Shown: piece by piece, positions 10,576 through 22,169 of the stretch
Numbering within the stretch: position 1 is the stretch's first letter
Layout: each line of letters starts with the position of its first letter
NCBI GenBank assembly: GCA_900088475.1
Contig: FLMG01001098.1
Span: 1 to 33,963 of the forward strand
DNA from: Hyphochytrium catenoides
Taxonomy: Eukaryota > Protista > Hyphochytriomycota
Length of the DNA: 33,963 bases
Direction: 5' to 3'
Made by a program: the position numbers and the translations under genes
Notes under the pieces: generated by a model
The model's database searches: none
What the model saw: the letters and a program-made list of their open reading frames with translations, nothing else
Told to the model about the DNA's origin: nothing

Positions 10576-12581
10576 CGAGCGCCGCAGAGCGCGGAGCTGG
10601 CCCACTAGCAGTACCTCCCGCCTCCGTCGGCTTTCGATAGATGATATCTATGGTGGAAGCCATCGAGGTGTCCTAGACCGCCGCCATCCGTGCTCCGCCA
10701 CTCTGACCCATCAGTACGCTGTCTGCGCACTTATATTTAGATATGGTTGCTAAAAATGGAAGGAAGAGGTGGTAATCCTCGCAAGAGACAGGTCAGAAAA
10801 CAAGCTCGTTACATCCCGTGATGAGATACCTGCAGATCGTCTTCCATCCTTGCCGCAGCCTTCTTCGAAGTATAGTGACTTATGATATCGCTAGGGGAGA
10901 GCCAGGATGGTTTCCCCGTTGGCTGAAAGGTCAAGCAAAGTGGATAGACACATTCCCACCCGAGCGCCAGTACCTTAAGTGGTTGCCGATCTCCATCTGT
11001 TTGACTTGTGCCTACAACTAGAGGAAGACGAACAAAGCGGATTCCTGGTACTCAGCAGAGAGGAACGGTGTGTTCTTTGCTGGAGGAGCCGAGGTGCCGG
11101 GGGGAAAATGAAATTTGTTTTCTCGATACTGCCCGACCACTAGATAATACTTGGCTCTTCATTTGATGGCGACTACGGAGGCCTGCTTATAAGAAGAAGA
11201 AGAGAGCTATTAGCCACACCATCAGACCAACCAAGAAGAAGAGCCCCATCCTCCTATTTTATTTCGAAAAAGGCCAGAGGAGACTAGAACTCGAATGATG
11301 ATGGGGAGCAACGAGGTTTATCATCATCATAAATAGCAGGAGATGTCATCATCAAGTATCGGGCAGAACCCTATCAAATCCCACCACCAGATGATTGAAT
11401 GATAGCAGAACACCTACGAAGCCTATAAAGGGCAGAGAGAGCCGTGGCCTCACCCCGCCTCCCTGCTGGTCAGCAAGTGTTGAGACCCCAGCAGCAAAGT
11501 GTTACAGCTAGAAATCTGCTAGAGGAGGTTACATTATTATTATTAATATCCCAGCCCGCCTCGGCTGTAGGCATCAGCAGCAGCGGAAGGTTGCAGAGGG
11601 GAATGGAGGAGGGCGGAAGAGGGTTGACAAAAAAGGACTTTGTAACGACGCAAGGTAGGTAGGTGGTTTAGATGCAGACAAGACGGTGAATCCCCACGGG
11701 ATTCTATACTAACCTTATAAAAAATATATACTGTAGTTCTACCACTAGTTTCTAGGAGTATTATTATTGGTCTTGGACGCTTCTTTGAGGGCCACACAAG
11801 CTTATCATAAAGGCTGCACGTTGAGCCTTTCTACATAATGTTGACCGTTACATCGTGCACTGCCATCATCCACATTGTTACTGCCTAGAAAGAACTAACG
11901 CTACTGGTTCCCTCTCCACATGAGACCTCCATGTTCATGGCGGAGTGCACTCCTTCAGGTGATAGGTAAAGTCATGATTTTGTGCGCTCCATTCTGAGGA
12001 TGAAGTGTGTCGGGTGCGCCTTTGTGCATACAAAAATGTCTCCTCCCCTTCCTTTGCAAGCGTTGTTCTGGCATTGATTGTGCCATGTGTCGGCATCCCA
12101 ACAAAGGGATGAGGATACTTCTCCCTCTAACATGGAATGCGAGGGAACGCTTATCGGCTCCTTGACGCCCATCATCGTGCTCTCTAAAAGGTCCTAACAC
12201 TGACAGTGCTCATGATTGCACTGAAAAGGGATAGGAGATTTCTCCCCGAGCAAAAATAGAGAAGATAGAAACAGCTAAATGATAGGTAGCAGATCCTCAA
12301 CATCAGCAGCATCAGCCAATAACTCGCAACAGCAATAGCACGAAACCATACTTGCTAGCATCATGCTCACGGCTTATTGCTAGTGGAACTAATTTGAAGA
12401 TGATCTTATCCCAGTCAGTTGGTGTTCCTGCTCAGATTGCTTGGAGCGAGAATTTCCAAGGCTCTGGAGAAGATGTAATAGTTCTCTGCTAGTTGTCTTG
12501 TCCCGCCCATCATGCTCATAGTAGTAGGTCAGTATTCAACTTTGAGTGGAACCACCACGACAAAGCGTGAAGTGAAGGACG

Positions 12582-13235
12582 ATGAGTGCACCTAACACTA
12601 CTCAGATGAAGATATTCGCACCGAATGGTGCAGTACCAAGAAGTGTGGCACCCAAAAACCAGTCAGCGCTGCTTTACAAAGGTCGGAGCTTCACTTGCAA
12701 TGGCTGTCAGACCGTTGTCTGTGAGGAGCTGTGGCAGTGCAGGCATTCGAAGTGCTATAACAAGAGCATGGTTAACCATATCTGTGACGAGTCACCTTCA
12801 GAAACCTACGATCTGTGTACCGGCTGTTACGTTAACCCAGCGATTGGATCTTCGCACTCAAAACATCCCTTTGTTTGTATCACCTCATCTGGAAAGTCTG
12901 AGCCATTGTGTCCAACCAGGAGGCAAGACTTGCAGCATTTTAAAGAACAAGAGGAAGAAGAAAAGCGACGAGTCGAGCGTGAAAGACAAAGGCAACGGGA
13001 GGAAGCAGAGGAGGCGGAGCGAATGCGAGATCCACAGTATCGCATCCAAAAACAACTCGTTTTGCAGCAGCAAGAAGCAAATCGGCTGGCGCGTCAGATG
13101 ATGCAGCAGCAAAGGAATGCGCAATGGGAGATGCAACGGCAGCAGCAAAGACAGAGCCAAATGATGATGTTCAACCAACAGATGATGATGTGGCGGATGC
13201 AGCAAAATCATCAACATCACCACCATGGTTATTAG
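12582..13235 (+). CDS. ZZ-type zinc-finger protein with an E/R coiled coil and a Q/M-rich, His-ended tail (217 aa, intronless)
   Basis: FTCNGC...WQC..C...TYDLCTGCY...H..HPF matches the ZZ pattern with an insertion; EEEEKRRVERERQRQREE helix; C-terminal QQQRQSQMMMFNQQMMM...HQHHHHGY. Confidence 0.75.
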   Translation: MSAPNTTQMKIFAPNGAVPRSVAPKNQSALLYKGRSFTCNGCQTVVCEELWQCRHSKCYNKSMVNHICDESPSETYDLCTGCYVNPAIGSSHSKHPFVCITSSGKSEPLCPTRRQDLQHFKEQEEEEKRRVERERQRQREEAEEAERMRDPQYRIQKQLVLQQQEANRLARQMMQQQRNAQWEMQRQQQRQSQMMMFNQQMMMWRMQQNHQHHHHGY

Positions 13236-14444
13236 TTCTGGAAGTATTTATATCTACTAACGCGCCATAAAACACTAAGCTTTTACTTTGGTGCAACGCC
13301 ATGAAGGCTTTAGATCTAAGCCTCAAAGAATAAGCCAATAGAAGGGGGAATCAGTAGAATAAGCTCGTCGCGGCTTGTCAACGGACAGGTGCCGCATTCT
13401 GGCAAAGGAGGAATTCAGATAGGTAACTCCTTCACTCCTGACCCCAGAAATGCTCTGCACAGGCAAGAGGACCTTAACTGCGGACAGTAGCTCCAGCGCT
13501 GCCAAAAAAGCGACCCCATGTGCTCTCGAAGAGATGCTCCAAGATCTATGATCTACCGTGTTGCTCAATCGCCCAGCGCATGGCAATCTTCTTCCAGCAG
13601 TAAGGTGTTCTTCAGGAGCTGGTGCCATCTTCCTTTTCTGAACAATGGACGGGACCCCGGAGGGCTTTCTTTGATACTCAATGTTGTGAACCTACGGAGG
13701 ATAAAGATAGAGAGCGAACGCGAGCGGCGAATAGCAGTCTGATTACTCAGTGCATGATGAGGTCGTATACGCAGGCATTCATGGATGTCTAGTGTTATTA
13801 AGGTCCTTCTATCTTGACTGACTCTTTTCTAAAAGATCTCAAGGTATGTTAGCAGATTTGTCTCTTGATGATGGTGAGGAAGGTAAGGAGAATATCCCCT
13901 TCCCAGTCAATACCCTCAGAGGAAGAGGATAAGAAAACGAAGAGGAAGGACAACGGGAAGACGAGAGAACAAGAGTCTCAACAATCAATACTTATTATCC
14001 TCTTGTTCGTTAAAGATGCCAGAAAAAGATGGATGATGAACGTCTCCTAAACGTGAGGTTAGAGAGGAGGAGGCTGTATCGGCACCATCAAGTAATGGAA
14101 ATAAGAACTACCATCATGGCAGCTAAGGGAAGCTCAGCTCTCCTTTGGGGAAATCGCTCCGGAACTTCTCTATGGTAGTGATGGCTACGCAGATCTCCCC
14201 GAAAACTTCAGAACTTCCTTATGCTAACGAGGCGACTACCCAGTGGTGCCTCCACCAGCTCCACCCACGGTGCAATTAGCGCAAGATTTGTAACAGCGTC
14301 AATGGCAATCATCCAACAAGGAGCAGGCCAAAGCTCAGTTTGGAAAAGACAGAAAAAGTGGCGCCTAGTAGATTTGCAAGAGACTATTATTGGACCCCGG
14401 CAGGGATCAATCAGCGCAATCAGCTCATCAGTCGGATGTCAATC

Positions 14445-15647
14445 TTATGTTATCTTACGGATTCTGTTGTTGATGCTATCTGCTATATAGATGTAGCCGT
14501 TCGTATCGATTGCCATGCCCCACGCGAGGCTAAGTAATGACGTGTTTAGCGGACCATCTTGGTACCCGGAAACGGACCCAACGATGGTGGAAACATTTCG
14601 ATCAGGCGTTATCTTCCTGATTCTTGTAGCATCTCCTACGTACACATTATTGAATAAGTCCACCGCGATGCCCCATATGTCTTTTGAGAACACGGCCGCT
14701 GTACCCTGCCCATCCGCAAAGCCGGCATAGCCAGCCCCCGCTAAGGTGCTCACAACTCCCGTGGCGTAGTTTACTTTGCGAACCACCCGGTTTCCGACGT
14801 CAGTGATGTACAGAGAGCCGTTGTTGTCGGAGGCAATACCTTGTGGCCAATAGAACCGGGCACTCTGAGCTGGCCCATCTACGTAGCCCGGGCTACCTTG
14901 ACCAGCGAGGGTGGAAACATATCCTGATGGGGATATCTTCCGTATTAAGAAGTTCCAGTTGTCTGTGACGTATAGATTTCCTTCTTGGTCGAGAGTGAGA
15001 TCCCACGGTGTATTGAACCGAGCATAAATACCTTGACCGTCGGCATATCCGGCAGAACCTGCGCCGGCAATTGTTGACACTGCCCCAGAGGGTGAGATTT
15101 TCCTAATCTTGTGATTGCCTCGATCTACCACGTAGATGTTATTCGACGAGTCTACCTGCAGAGACAGTGGATTTGAAAATCGAGCCGATGTTCCATATCC
15201 ATCAGCCGAGCCGCTGCTCCCGCTACCAGCGATAGTTGAGACGTATCCCGACGGTGAGATCTGTCGGATGACGTGGTTGGCAGAGTCACTGACGTACACG
15301 GTCCCGTTCAGGCTAATGGAAACATCGCTTGGGAGGGAAAACTTCGAGGTAGTGCCTGGGCCGTCCGCATATCCTGCGGTACTACCGGCGACGGTGCTGA
15401 TGTTACTGTACAGCAGAGGACTTGAAGACCGATTTGATGAGGATTCACTCGGACGCTCTGTGCTTTCTTCTCCGGACGTACCCAGGGTTGCCGTCTCTTC
15501 AGTAGAACTAAAGAGGCGAAGTTCAATGATAACTATGCCTAGGACCATACCGGAGAGCAGTACAACGAGAAGGCATACTGCGAATATTTTTGCCAATCGA
15601 GTGCGGCGGTTGCGGAGTGACTTTTCTTCGTCGGCAAGAACACTCAT
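14445..15647 (-). CDS. Type II membrane-anchored NHL-repeat (six-bladed beta-propeller) protein, 400 aa, intronless
   Basis: Basic N-terminus, TM helix IFAVCLLVVLLSGMVLGIVII and S/T/E-rich stalk. Then about 6 repeats of VSTIAGxGxxGYADGxGxxARFxxPxxxxxDxxGNxYVxDxxNxxIRKI. Confidence 0.92.
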   Translation of the reverse strand: MSVLADEEKSLRNRRTRLAKIFAVCLLVVLLSGMVLGIVIIELRLFSSTEETATLGTSGEESTERPSESSSNRSSSPLLYSNISTVAGSTAGYADGPGTTSKFSLPSDVSISLNGTVYVSDSANHVIRQISPSGYVSTIAGSGSSGSADGYGTSARFSNPLSLQVDSSNNIYVVDRGNHKIRKISPSGAVSTIAGAGSAGYADGQGIYARFNTPWDLTLDQEGNLYVTDNWNFLIRKISPSGYVSTLAGQGSPGYVDGPAQSARFYWPQGIASDNNGSLYITDVGNRVVRKVNYATGVVSTLAGAGYAGFADGQGTAAVFSKDIWGIAVDLFNNVYVGDATRIRKITPDRNVSTIVGSVSGYQDGPLNTSLLSLAWGMAIDTNGYIYIADSINNRIRKIT

Positions 15648-17818
15648 CTTGACCCGCTGTGCTTTTTTTCGTCTCTAAACTTCTCGCTTATCAGGGGCCG
15701 TGGATTTTAAAGATGAAATGTAATGGAACTCTGCCTGTCAGTGTGCATTATTAGCATCTGCGGGCCCATAGAGCCGTGCTATGATATCCCGAGCTTCAGA
15801 GGATTGCTCTCTGACTACCAAGGGGCTTACGGCTCCACCTGCTGCTCTGTGGTGCTGAAATCCGTTATTGCATCCTCTTAAGGGGAAAAACTAGTATGGT
15901 TCCAGGAACGGCAAAGTAGAAGACAAAGGAGCGATTGAAAGCTGTCACCTCATCAGCAAACGAACGGAGACGGGCAATTTTTTCTAAAAAGCAAACGCTG
16001 ATGGTGATCAGTCACCCGAGAACTGCGCAGTATAGAGCATCATATCGAAGAGGTTTCTTCCGTGTAGGACAGATATCTAATCTACTCCGGCTGCCCTACG
16101 TTACTGCTCCATTCCTACAGATCATCCACATGTTATCACAACTGCGTCGGATTGTTAACATCATCTTGCTTTGCTATGAAAGAAATGAGAGCGTATGACG
16201 GAACCAAAACAAAAAGGGCTGCCCTCTCCCCTTAACCCATCCCAGCATATCTCCCGCAAAAAATAGAACTACACTGCCCTGCGCTCTGCTTGTGAGAAGT
16301 GGGCTGTGATGGTGACAAGCCGGAGGAATGATGACCTATTCGTTTCCTTCGCCCTGCAAATCCTGAGCCAGGCATCACCGCCGTTTTATCATCCTGCTGC
16401 TTTGCAACTGAGCATGCACAATGCCTAGCCGGACTTCCCCCCAACCTCGCTCCCTTCTGCCGCGATCCCGCACATATCACTACTACTGCCGTGTGGTCAC
16501 TCTGCTGCTGTGCACTGATAGAATTGTATGATGACAGGCTCTGTATGACCAATGATGAGTGATGAAGGCAGGTGGATGGGTATCGCAAGGTCTGCTGCGG
16601 CTGGATAGAGTGGATGCAGTCTCTCGCTAACGAAAACTTAGGAACTGGACCTGTTGTGCCCCTCCCTAACTTTATAATAGAGGTGAAACGACCACCACGC
16701 CGCAGATATAATAATGTATCTAAATATTACAAAGCTTGGGAGTAACGGCCGCCAGAACCGATTGGGAGGCATATTCTATTATTGGCAATCCTTTTACATA
16801 AACCCATCAGAGGGCAGGCAAAAGCTAGGCAAGTTTCCCCATCATCGGATCGTGGCCGCTTAGGCCAGTGCAGAGAAGCAGCAGCAGCGCTATCTGTGCG
16901 CCCTTCCTTGTGAGCCTCTCTCGTGATCTTCTTCTTATTCCCTGGCAGAAACAAAGATGATGATGGGAAGGTAACGGGTTCTTATGATGGGAAAGGCCGA
17001 AGGGGTAACGGGTCACCCATCGTGGGAGGAATGGAGGAGAAGAGGACGCGATGGGAGCCGTTGTTGGGGATTGCAGAGAGATAGGCGCGGGGAAGAGGGC
17101 CTCCTTCCTTTGAGCGCCTAGCAAATAGGAAGTAGTAGCTCACTCATCTTTGTTGGTGGGCAACTACCTGAGCTAATTCTTGTTGCTTGTTCGTAACGTG
17201 GGTCACGGAGCCTTCTTTGCAGCAAATAGACTACGATTCTTCCCTCTTTCGGCTGTTTTTCCGGTCGAATGTTGTTGCTTGGTTGTTGTCCTCCTCCAAA
17301 GAAAAGGGTAGGAGTTAATCATGTTTAGGGTCGGACGGAGCATTAGCAGACACGGTGATATGGTTCTGCCAGCTCTTTTAGGCTAAGCTTAATACAGGAG
17401 GAGAAGATGTTGCCTTTTTAATTGACAATCTTCCTGTCTCTGCCACGCTGTCCGCGACGAGATGCTCCTCTTCTTCCTCTTGCTGCACCACCGTCATCAT
17501 AAGGTCCATTCTGCGTATCATTAATTTCTCCTTTGTCGCATTCCTGACGCTTGTCAGCGGTGAGCCCTACCACCATCATCGTCCGCGAAAGTATTGTTTT
17601 CTACTACCTCGCTAGACGCAAATCTAAAGCTTCTGCTTGCATAAGGAGGCACCTTGTAGGAAGGAAAAGTTCCCAGCCACAGCACCTCTTATTATCAGAC
17701 ACAGCAGGGAGGCGGAACACGGGAAGCAGCTGCGCCGCGACACTGGTTGATTGTAGCGGAGAGAAGCCACTTCTTGTCTTCAGCAGAGAAACATCCTGTC
17801 CATTTCGCAGATAAGGCA

Positions 17819-19432
17819 ATGGGAACAGAGGCAGATAGTCAGAAGTTGCGGGTGCGACCAATTCCTGACGAGCAACTGAAGAAACTTAGGACTGCCCGGA
17901 GAGTATGTGTCCTGAAGGACTTCAATGGCGAAGAGCGCCTCTTAAGTGGCGAGCAGGGAGCGCAGTTTCGTCACTATTGGTGGAAGCCAAGGCTGGGATG
18001 GTTCCTATGTGTGGTCGTATGTTACCTATTGGGCTACTTCGGACCGACCGGACCCGGAATGAGCCTTGAGATTTTCGGAGAGTATAGGAACGTGGCGATC
18101 CAGGTGATAGCCAAACTTATTGTCGCACTTATCGGAGGTGTCCTGGCTTATCCCTTGGAATTGCTCTTTGGCATGTTCTTTGAAGCCTTCCCTGCCGTTC
18201 ACGAGGATGTCTCGGAGCTTGTCTGCATTGCTAATAGGCAAAGGAATATTCCGACCATCGTGAAGCTTCTACGCAAGGGCTACTATGCTTTGCCTTCACT
18301 GCTGCTATTCAGTGCTGCCATGGGTCAGCTGGATCCTTTGGCCCCTTTAGTGATAGGCACGGAGAGTGTCACAGGAACCGCGTATCCTGTCACAGCAGAA
18401 GACCCAGAGCGCCCCCTCAGTGCGATGGAGCTACTCATCGGCGCTTCTCGCATCTTTCCTGTCAGCATAGGTGAAATGTGGGCCGAGCCAAATATGTCAG
18501 GTTCGTACTACATGTCGTCGACAACCTATAGAACGCAGCTACCGCCCTTTCTGTATCTTCAATGCGCCATTGACCAGAGTACAATCGAGCTATGCTCAGC
18601 CCCTGCATCAATAGTTCTCGAAAACCCAATGACAAACGGTACGCTGGAGGTAATCACACCCAGTTCCGGGCTGTATAATGTGACGTGCGCCATATGTTCT
18701 CCTTACATGGATGTCAGCAACAACACATGGCTCTACAATTGGGAAGAAGAAAGCGGCTATGAGACCTGGATACCTGTTCTAGTCAACCGATCCATCCTCG
18801 CGGCCGAGGCGAGGATGCCTGCGTCCATGGAGGCGTGGAAAGCCTTTGTTAACTTGACTTATGAGACCGAGAGCGACAAGGAACTCGCAATGAGTCTGTG
18901 CACGATGAGGGAGATGATGATCACCCTCGGTCAACATGTCTTCGGATTCCTCAACGGTGTCAATGATGGCTATCTTTTTTGCCCTGAGGGCAAAATATGT
19001 CGGGTAGACGCGGAAGCTAGCCAGGAGTATTATATTCTTAGCGGAGCGCGGTACATTCTTATGTGCCCACCAGTGCTAGCCTGCCTAGTGGTATTGCTCA
19101 GTGTTTATAGGACGAGAATGGTGCTCACGAGATGTGGGCTTGCGTCTGTTGCAGAAGTGTCTGCTAAGCAGTACTCGACGCAGACAATAATCACTGACCT
19201 CCTCTTAGAAGGCTCAGCCTGTAGCCATTATTGCGCGACAGATAACGCAACATCCTGTACGCGGACACTGGCTACAGCGCTAGTTGTCCGCAAGGACAAA
19301 CCAAACGGAAGCGCTCACATTTCTTGGGAATCTGTCGGGGCACAGGAGGCGAATTGGTTACATGCGCACGTTGGAAGTCATCTTCTAGACAGACGAGAGC
19401 TGGTTGATGGTGTTGATGACAAAAGGGATTAG
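17819..19432 (+). CDS. Hypothetical multi-pass membrane glycoprotein (~537 aa from the first ATG; intronless ORF)
   Basis: Long uninterrupted ORF. Two to three N-terminal hydrophobic helices, a Cys-containing central region with several N-x-S/T sequons (NMS, NGT, NVT, NNT, NRS, NLT) and a C-terminal TM segment (YILMCPPVLACLVVLLSVY). No family recognised. Confidence 0.72.
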   Translation: MGTEADSQKLRVRPIPDEQLKKLRTARRVCVLKDFNGEERLLSGEQGAQFRHYWWKPRLGWFLCVVVCYLLGYFGPTGPGMSLEIFGEYRNVAIQVIAKLIVALIGGVLAYPLELLFGMFFEAFPAVHEDVSELVCIANRQRNIPTIVKLLRKGYYALPSLLLFSAAMGQLDPLAPLVIGTESVTGTAYPVTAEDPERPLSAMELLIGASRIFPVSIGEMWAEPNMSGSYYMSSTTYRTQLPPFLYLQCAIDQSTIELCSAPASIVLENPMTNGTLEVITPSSGLYNVTCAICSPYMDVSNNTWLYNWEEESGYETWIPVLVNRSILAAEARMPASMEAWKAFVNLTYETESDKELAMSLCTMREMMITLGQHVFGFLNGVNDGYLFCPEGKICRVDAEASQEYYILSGARYILMCPPVLACLVVLLSVYRTRMVLTRCGLASVAEVSAKQYSTQTIITDLLLEGSACSHYCATDNATSCTRTLATALVVRKDKPNGSAHISWESVGAQEANWLHAHVGSHLLDRRELVDGVDDKRD

Positions 19433-19689
19433 GGCTTGAAGATATGTTTGCAGGCAATTACGTACCTCGATAGTAGGTATAATCTGTTCCTTTTGATACT
19501 GTTCAATATAGGCCATAGTCTATTGCGCGCCTAGAAATTGTGCTTCGTGCTTGGACTGTCTATGGGCCTGCTGCTGGGTTTTTAGATAGAGTCCGTAGTC
19601 TTCACTTATGTTAGTCGACGACGGCGGCAGCAGTCGTCTGCTCGACCATCCTTCGTCACTCCCTAATTGGAAACTCTGTCAACCCGCTA

Positions 19690-19790
19690 CAGTCCTCATT
19701 GTGGGATGTACATGATGACACAAGCAAGAGCTTGCCAAGAACTCAAGTCGTTTCCTTATCGACTCTACCAGCGCCTACCAATGAGGACTG
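19690..19790. repeat. 101-bp segment bounded by a perfect 12-bp inverted repeat (possible mini-MITE or hairpin)
   Basis: CAGTCCTCATTG (19690-19701) and CAATGAGGACTG (19779-19790), with imperfect extension on both sides. TA precedes the left arm only. Confidence 0.45.
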
Positions 19791-22133
19791 AGAGCGTAAG
19801 GTTGGTTTGTCCTTGTTAATGATACTCTCTTAATAAGGAGAAGAGCTGTTAATTCTTAATAGTGCGTGACGTGATTTCAGCTGCATTCTTACCAAGGGTT
19901 AACGTGATGTTAACCTTGAGACCTTCTCCCAAAGTGCTGTTTATAGAGTCAGGAAGAGAGAGACTGTAGTCGTACAATTGCCCTAGGCAGCGGTGGGGTG
20001 TCGTGTCCCTTTCCGTTCGTGGCTAGCCGATGACTGACAGACTGAACGATATCTGCTTCGTTATTATGTTGGTGGGACCATAGTAAGTGAAGAAGAGAGC
20101 ATCTGATAAAAAGCTGTACAAGGCTTTACATTCTTGCTTGCAAGATGGTGACGGGCGCTCCTCACCGTCGTTCGCCCTCTTGAAAAGGAAAGACCTGCAC
20201 CCGGATCTCGCCTTACAACACAGAAGCATGATATCATGACTCTAGATAGTATGAAAGCTCAATGTGGTTAGAAAAGAGGAGCTCATACCGTCTAAGGCAC
20301 CGTTATTTATTGTAATTTTGCCACGGAGAAGAGCCATAAGTGGAGAGAAGAGAGATCAGATACGGGACGCCAGCAACGAGCCTGGCGCACCAATGAGAGC
20401 CTAGCTTAGGGCATGATGACCCAACCCCAGCACCACGGCCTCCCTTTGCGCAAGGGCAGTGATAGACAAGGGGCAGGGCTCCCCAAGAAGGGGGCAGTGT
20501 CATGTAACTTCACCGGAGCCCTCACCACCTATACAGCCATGAGAAAAAAAGATGTTACAATTCTGCCATCGGCAGACGTACCGGCTGATGCAAGAAGGCA
20601 TCATAAATTCTTCTGTTCAGATCTTAGGATTCTTCTATCTCTTGGACTACTACTGCTCGCGGCGCCGTCGCTACAGGGCCCACGTGAAATCTTTCTATTA
20701 TAATATATGTAAGGAAGTGGACCCACACTAAGAAGTGAACAACATCCATTGACAGCGGGACGGGTACTGTCAAGAAGATCTACTAGTAGGAAGGAGGAGA
20801 GGCATAGGGACCCCAGAGTAGGTAGAGTTCCTGAGGAGAAGAGGAGAAGTAAACGGAGAGAGGACCCTAGCGCTTGTGCGCCGTTTCTCCTTCCTCCCTA
20901 CTACTTTCTCTTCGACATTTGTCAAAGTGGCAGGCCGAGAAGGGGAACTACGCCAAATAACTTCCTTTCATGGTGGACGGGAGCCATCTCCTTCGTAGCC
21001 CTTGAGCTCCGCCTTTTATTACTGGTGCTGCCTAGACTTCTTATTGTCAAGCATCACGGCATTTCCTGGTTCCTGCATCTTGTCCTACCTTAACGCCCAC
21101 AAGTCACCGCAATCTGTCGTTAGCTCTCTTCCGCGTTTGTTTTGCCCCTGCTTCCCCTTCTCTCCTCTGCCTTGGCTCTTTCATTTATTTTGCTGTCACA
21201 GAATCTAGTCTTCACAGCTGCTGATCTCTGACGAGATTGTGCCCTTGTGATCAGCGGCTATTTTGGTTCCTTCTGGACTGCTCTTCTCTTCCCCCCATAA
21301 CATTCTTAATCTCAAGTTTACTTTGGTTCCACCGCCGTCGTCCCTTTATACTTGGCCGACCACTGCTCTACCACCCTCTTCTACTAGATTTAGTCCTTCG
21401 ATTGTTTACCTCTCCCACTTACACTTTCCTGTGTCAACTTTCCTCTTCGTCTGCCCAATTCTTCTCTCTCCATAATATATATAGAGTATCATCTCTGCTA
21501 CTTCCTGCTTCCAATACCTCCTAGCGCATTACAAAGAGCTGTTTGCAGCCTCACCCCTCCCTGTGGAGATACAGGAAGAAGTTCCTCGTCGTGTGGCCTT
21601 CTTCTGCCCTCTCTTCAAGGTCTCTCTTCTGTCGCTCTTCACTCTGTCTCCTTCCTCCGCTCTTCCTTCAATGACTTCTCTTCCTCTTCTTTCAAATGCA
21701 CTACAGGAAGAAGTGTCTGACTGCCTGCCCGCATTGTATGTCTTGTTTGAGCCAACACCTGGGAAACCGTCGTTGTCCTTACCGGTTCTCTCCTCTCACT
21801 CTCATCCCGCTCAGGTAAAGTTTCTGTTCACTCGACCTTTATCTTTTACCATTCGTCGGTTGTTGGATTACTGCCGTCGGCGCAGCAACACCATTTTAAT
21901 CGCGTGCTCTTTACCGTCATCGTCGCCTCCTCCTCTTTCCCTACACCGTCCAAAGGAAGAAAATGTTGATTGAACAAAACGACAGAGATAATAAGTGAGG
22001 CTCTATTGGCTTCTTTTTTGCGCTACTACGGTATAAATTATCGGCAGAGGTACTGCTACCTCGCACGCTATAGCTGCTTTTCTACTTTATTGAAGCTCTG
22101 TCTAAAGCTGCTGCCACCAGCAGAGACAGCCTT

Positions 22134-22169
22134 NNNNNNNNNNNNNNNNNNNNNNNNNNNNNNNNNNNN
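22134..22169. other. Assembly gap (36 N)
   Basis: Run of n characters. Confidence 0.99.

Noticed and set aside
10818-11145. Trp-rich short ORF and adjoining frame, possible pseudogene
   Set aside because: No recognisable family and no supportable splice model.
15136-15678. 180-aa plus-strand ORF, and similarly 12625-13101, 28364-28879, 29120-29599 and 31439-31876
   Set aside because: Antisense or alternate-frame shadows of well-supported genes.
16732-16755. AAGCTTGG…AGTAACGGCCGCCAG resembles a cloning-vector polylinker
   Set aside because: Only a 15-nt match, with the intervening and following vector sequence absent. Compatible with chance.
17130-17510. Minus-strand E/Q-rich frame interrupted by TAA/TAG stops, possible pseudogene
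   Set aside because: Three stops in about 115 codons is not clearly different from random, and there is no domain motif.
19893-19918. Short hairpin CAAGGGTTAAC-GTGAT-GTTAACCTTG, and 12-bp palindromes near 11942 and 20227
   Set aside because: Short palindromes of this size are expected by chance in 34 kb, and there is no supporting context.
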